A DNA stretch of 51,570 nucleotides from Candidatus Paceibacter sp. Lineage in GTDB: Bacteria; Patescibacteriota; Minisyncoccia; UBA6257; 02-FULL-45-10c. How positions within the stretch are numbered: position 1 is the stretch's first letter; every line of letters begins with the position of its first letter. Below the pieces are notes generated by a model. That model was not told the DNA's origin. It saw nothing but the letters and a program-made list of their open reading frames with translations, and searched no databases. Below, piece after piece: positions 51,122-51,570 of this stretch. Both the position numbers and the translations under genes were made by a program. Location of the stretch: the NCBI GenBank assembly GCA_020724845.1, contig DYGE01000006.1, positions 1 to 51,570 of the forward strand. The letters are read 5' to 3'.

Positions 51122-51570
51122 TCAGGTCAATCGCTTTGTGGTGAGCGCTGTCGAACCATTTACTTTCTCTTGAGGAGCTTTCGGAGCATTGTGTTTGGTG
51201 AGAAATCCAGATTTTTGAAGGTATCGGCATTTATGGCAATCTCTCAAGTCTTTGCCGGCATGCATCATTGTAAGCATCGAGATAGATTCTAGGGCAGCAG
51301 CGGCAAACACCCCTGTGCCTCCGAAGAGGGCCGCTCCAACAAGAACGGGTGGGGAGACTACGGCCATTAGGCAGATAAGAAATACTAGCGTGGCTGGAAA
51401 ATCTCCGAACCTTTCATGTATTTTGTTGGCAGCTCTCACAGAATTTCCCATATACTTATCCCAAAACCTGGCAGATAAACTCACCAACCTATGGAGTATC
51501 CCAATCTTCTTCTTGATCTGGGCATCCAGATATTGATACTCCTCCTCATCAGCTGTAACCAGATCCTTGG
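51122..51570 (-). CDS. Hypothetical membrane protein, probably 5'-truncated by the window edge
   Basis: Two hydrophobic segments plus CHKC; terminator at about 51091-51113. Confidence 0.55.
   Translation of the reverse strand, partial: KDLVTADEEEYQYLDAQIKKKIGILHRLVSLSARFWDKYMGNSVRAANKIHERFGDFPATLVFLICLMAVVSPPVLVGAALFGGTGVFAAAALESISMLTMMHAGKDLRDCHKCRYLQKSGFLTKHNAPKAPQEKVNGSTALTTKRLT

Overview
A gene-dense chromosomal window of moderate G+C that looks like a Patescibacteria/CPR (Parcubacteria-like) bacterium. This assignment is an inference from gene content, -10 boxes placed directly before start codons, and tRNAs mostly lacking encoded CCA. It carries DNA repair genes (mutM, uvrB, uvrC-like, ruvA, polX, ogt-like), translation genes (rpsT, rplT, rpmI, infC, argS, ileS, trpS, smpB + tmRNA), RNA metabolism genes (archease-rtcB-beta-CASP, rnj, rny), murE/murB, an ECF sigma operon and 7 intact tRNAs. 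Main observations: (1) an intact tRNA-Leu(CAG) is nested inside the anticodon loop of a second, interrupted tRNA-Leu, in a genome that also encodes archease + RtcB; (2) a ~210-bp multi-hairpin mini-element is bounded by a 31-bp duplication of the tRNA-Pro 3' end; (3) several orphan mini-cassettes have consensus sigma70 promoters, strong Shine-Dalgarno sites and up to 92/94 G/C-ending codons, unlike the apparently leaderless core genes; (4) 7-bp tandem repeats and 16-bp palindromes are inserted in-frame in core proteins and in the split tRNA; (5) a histidine-phosphatase domain is inserted in IleRS. No CRISPR array, rRNA, integrase or transposase was seen. All calls were made by eye; no database searches were run.
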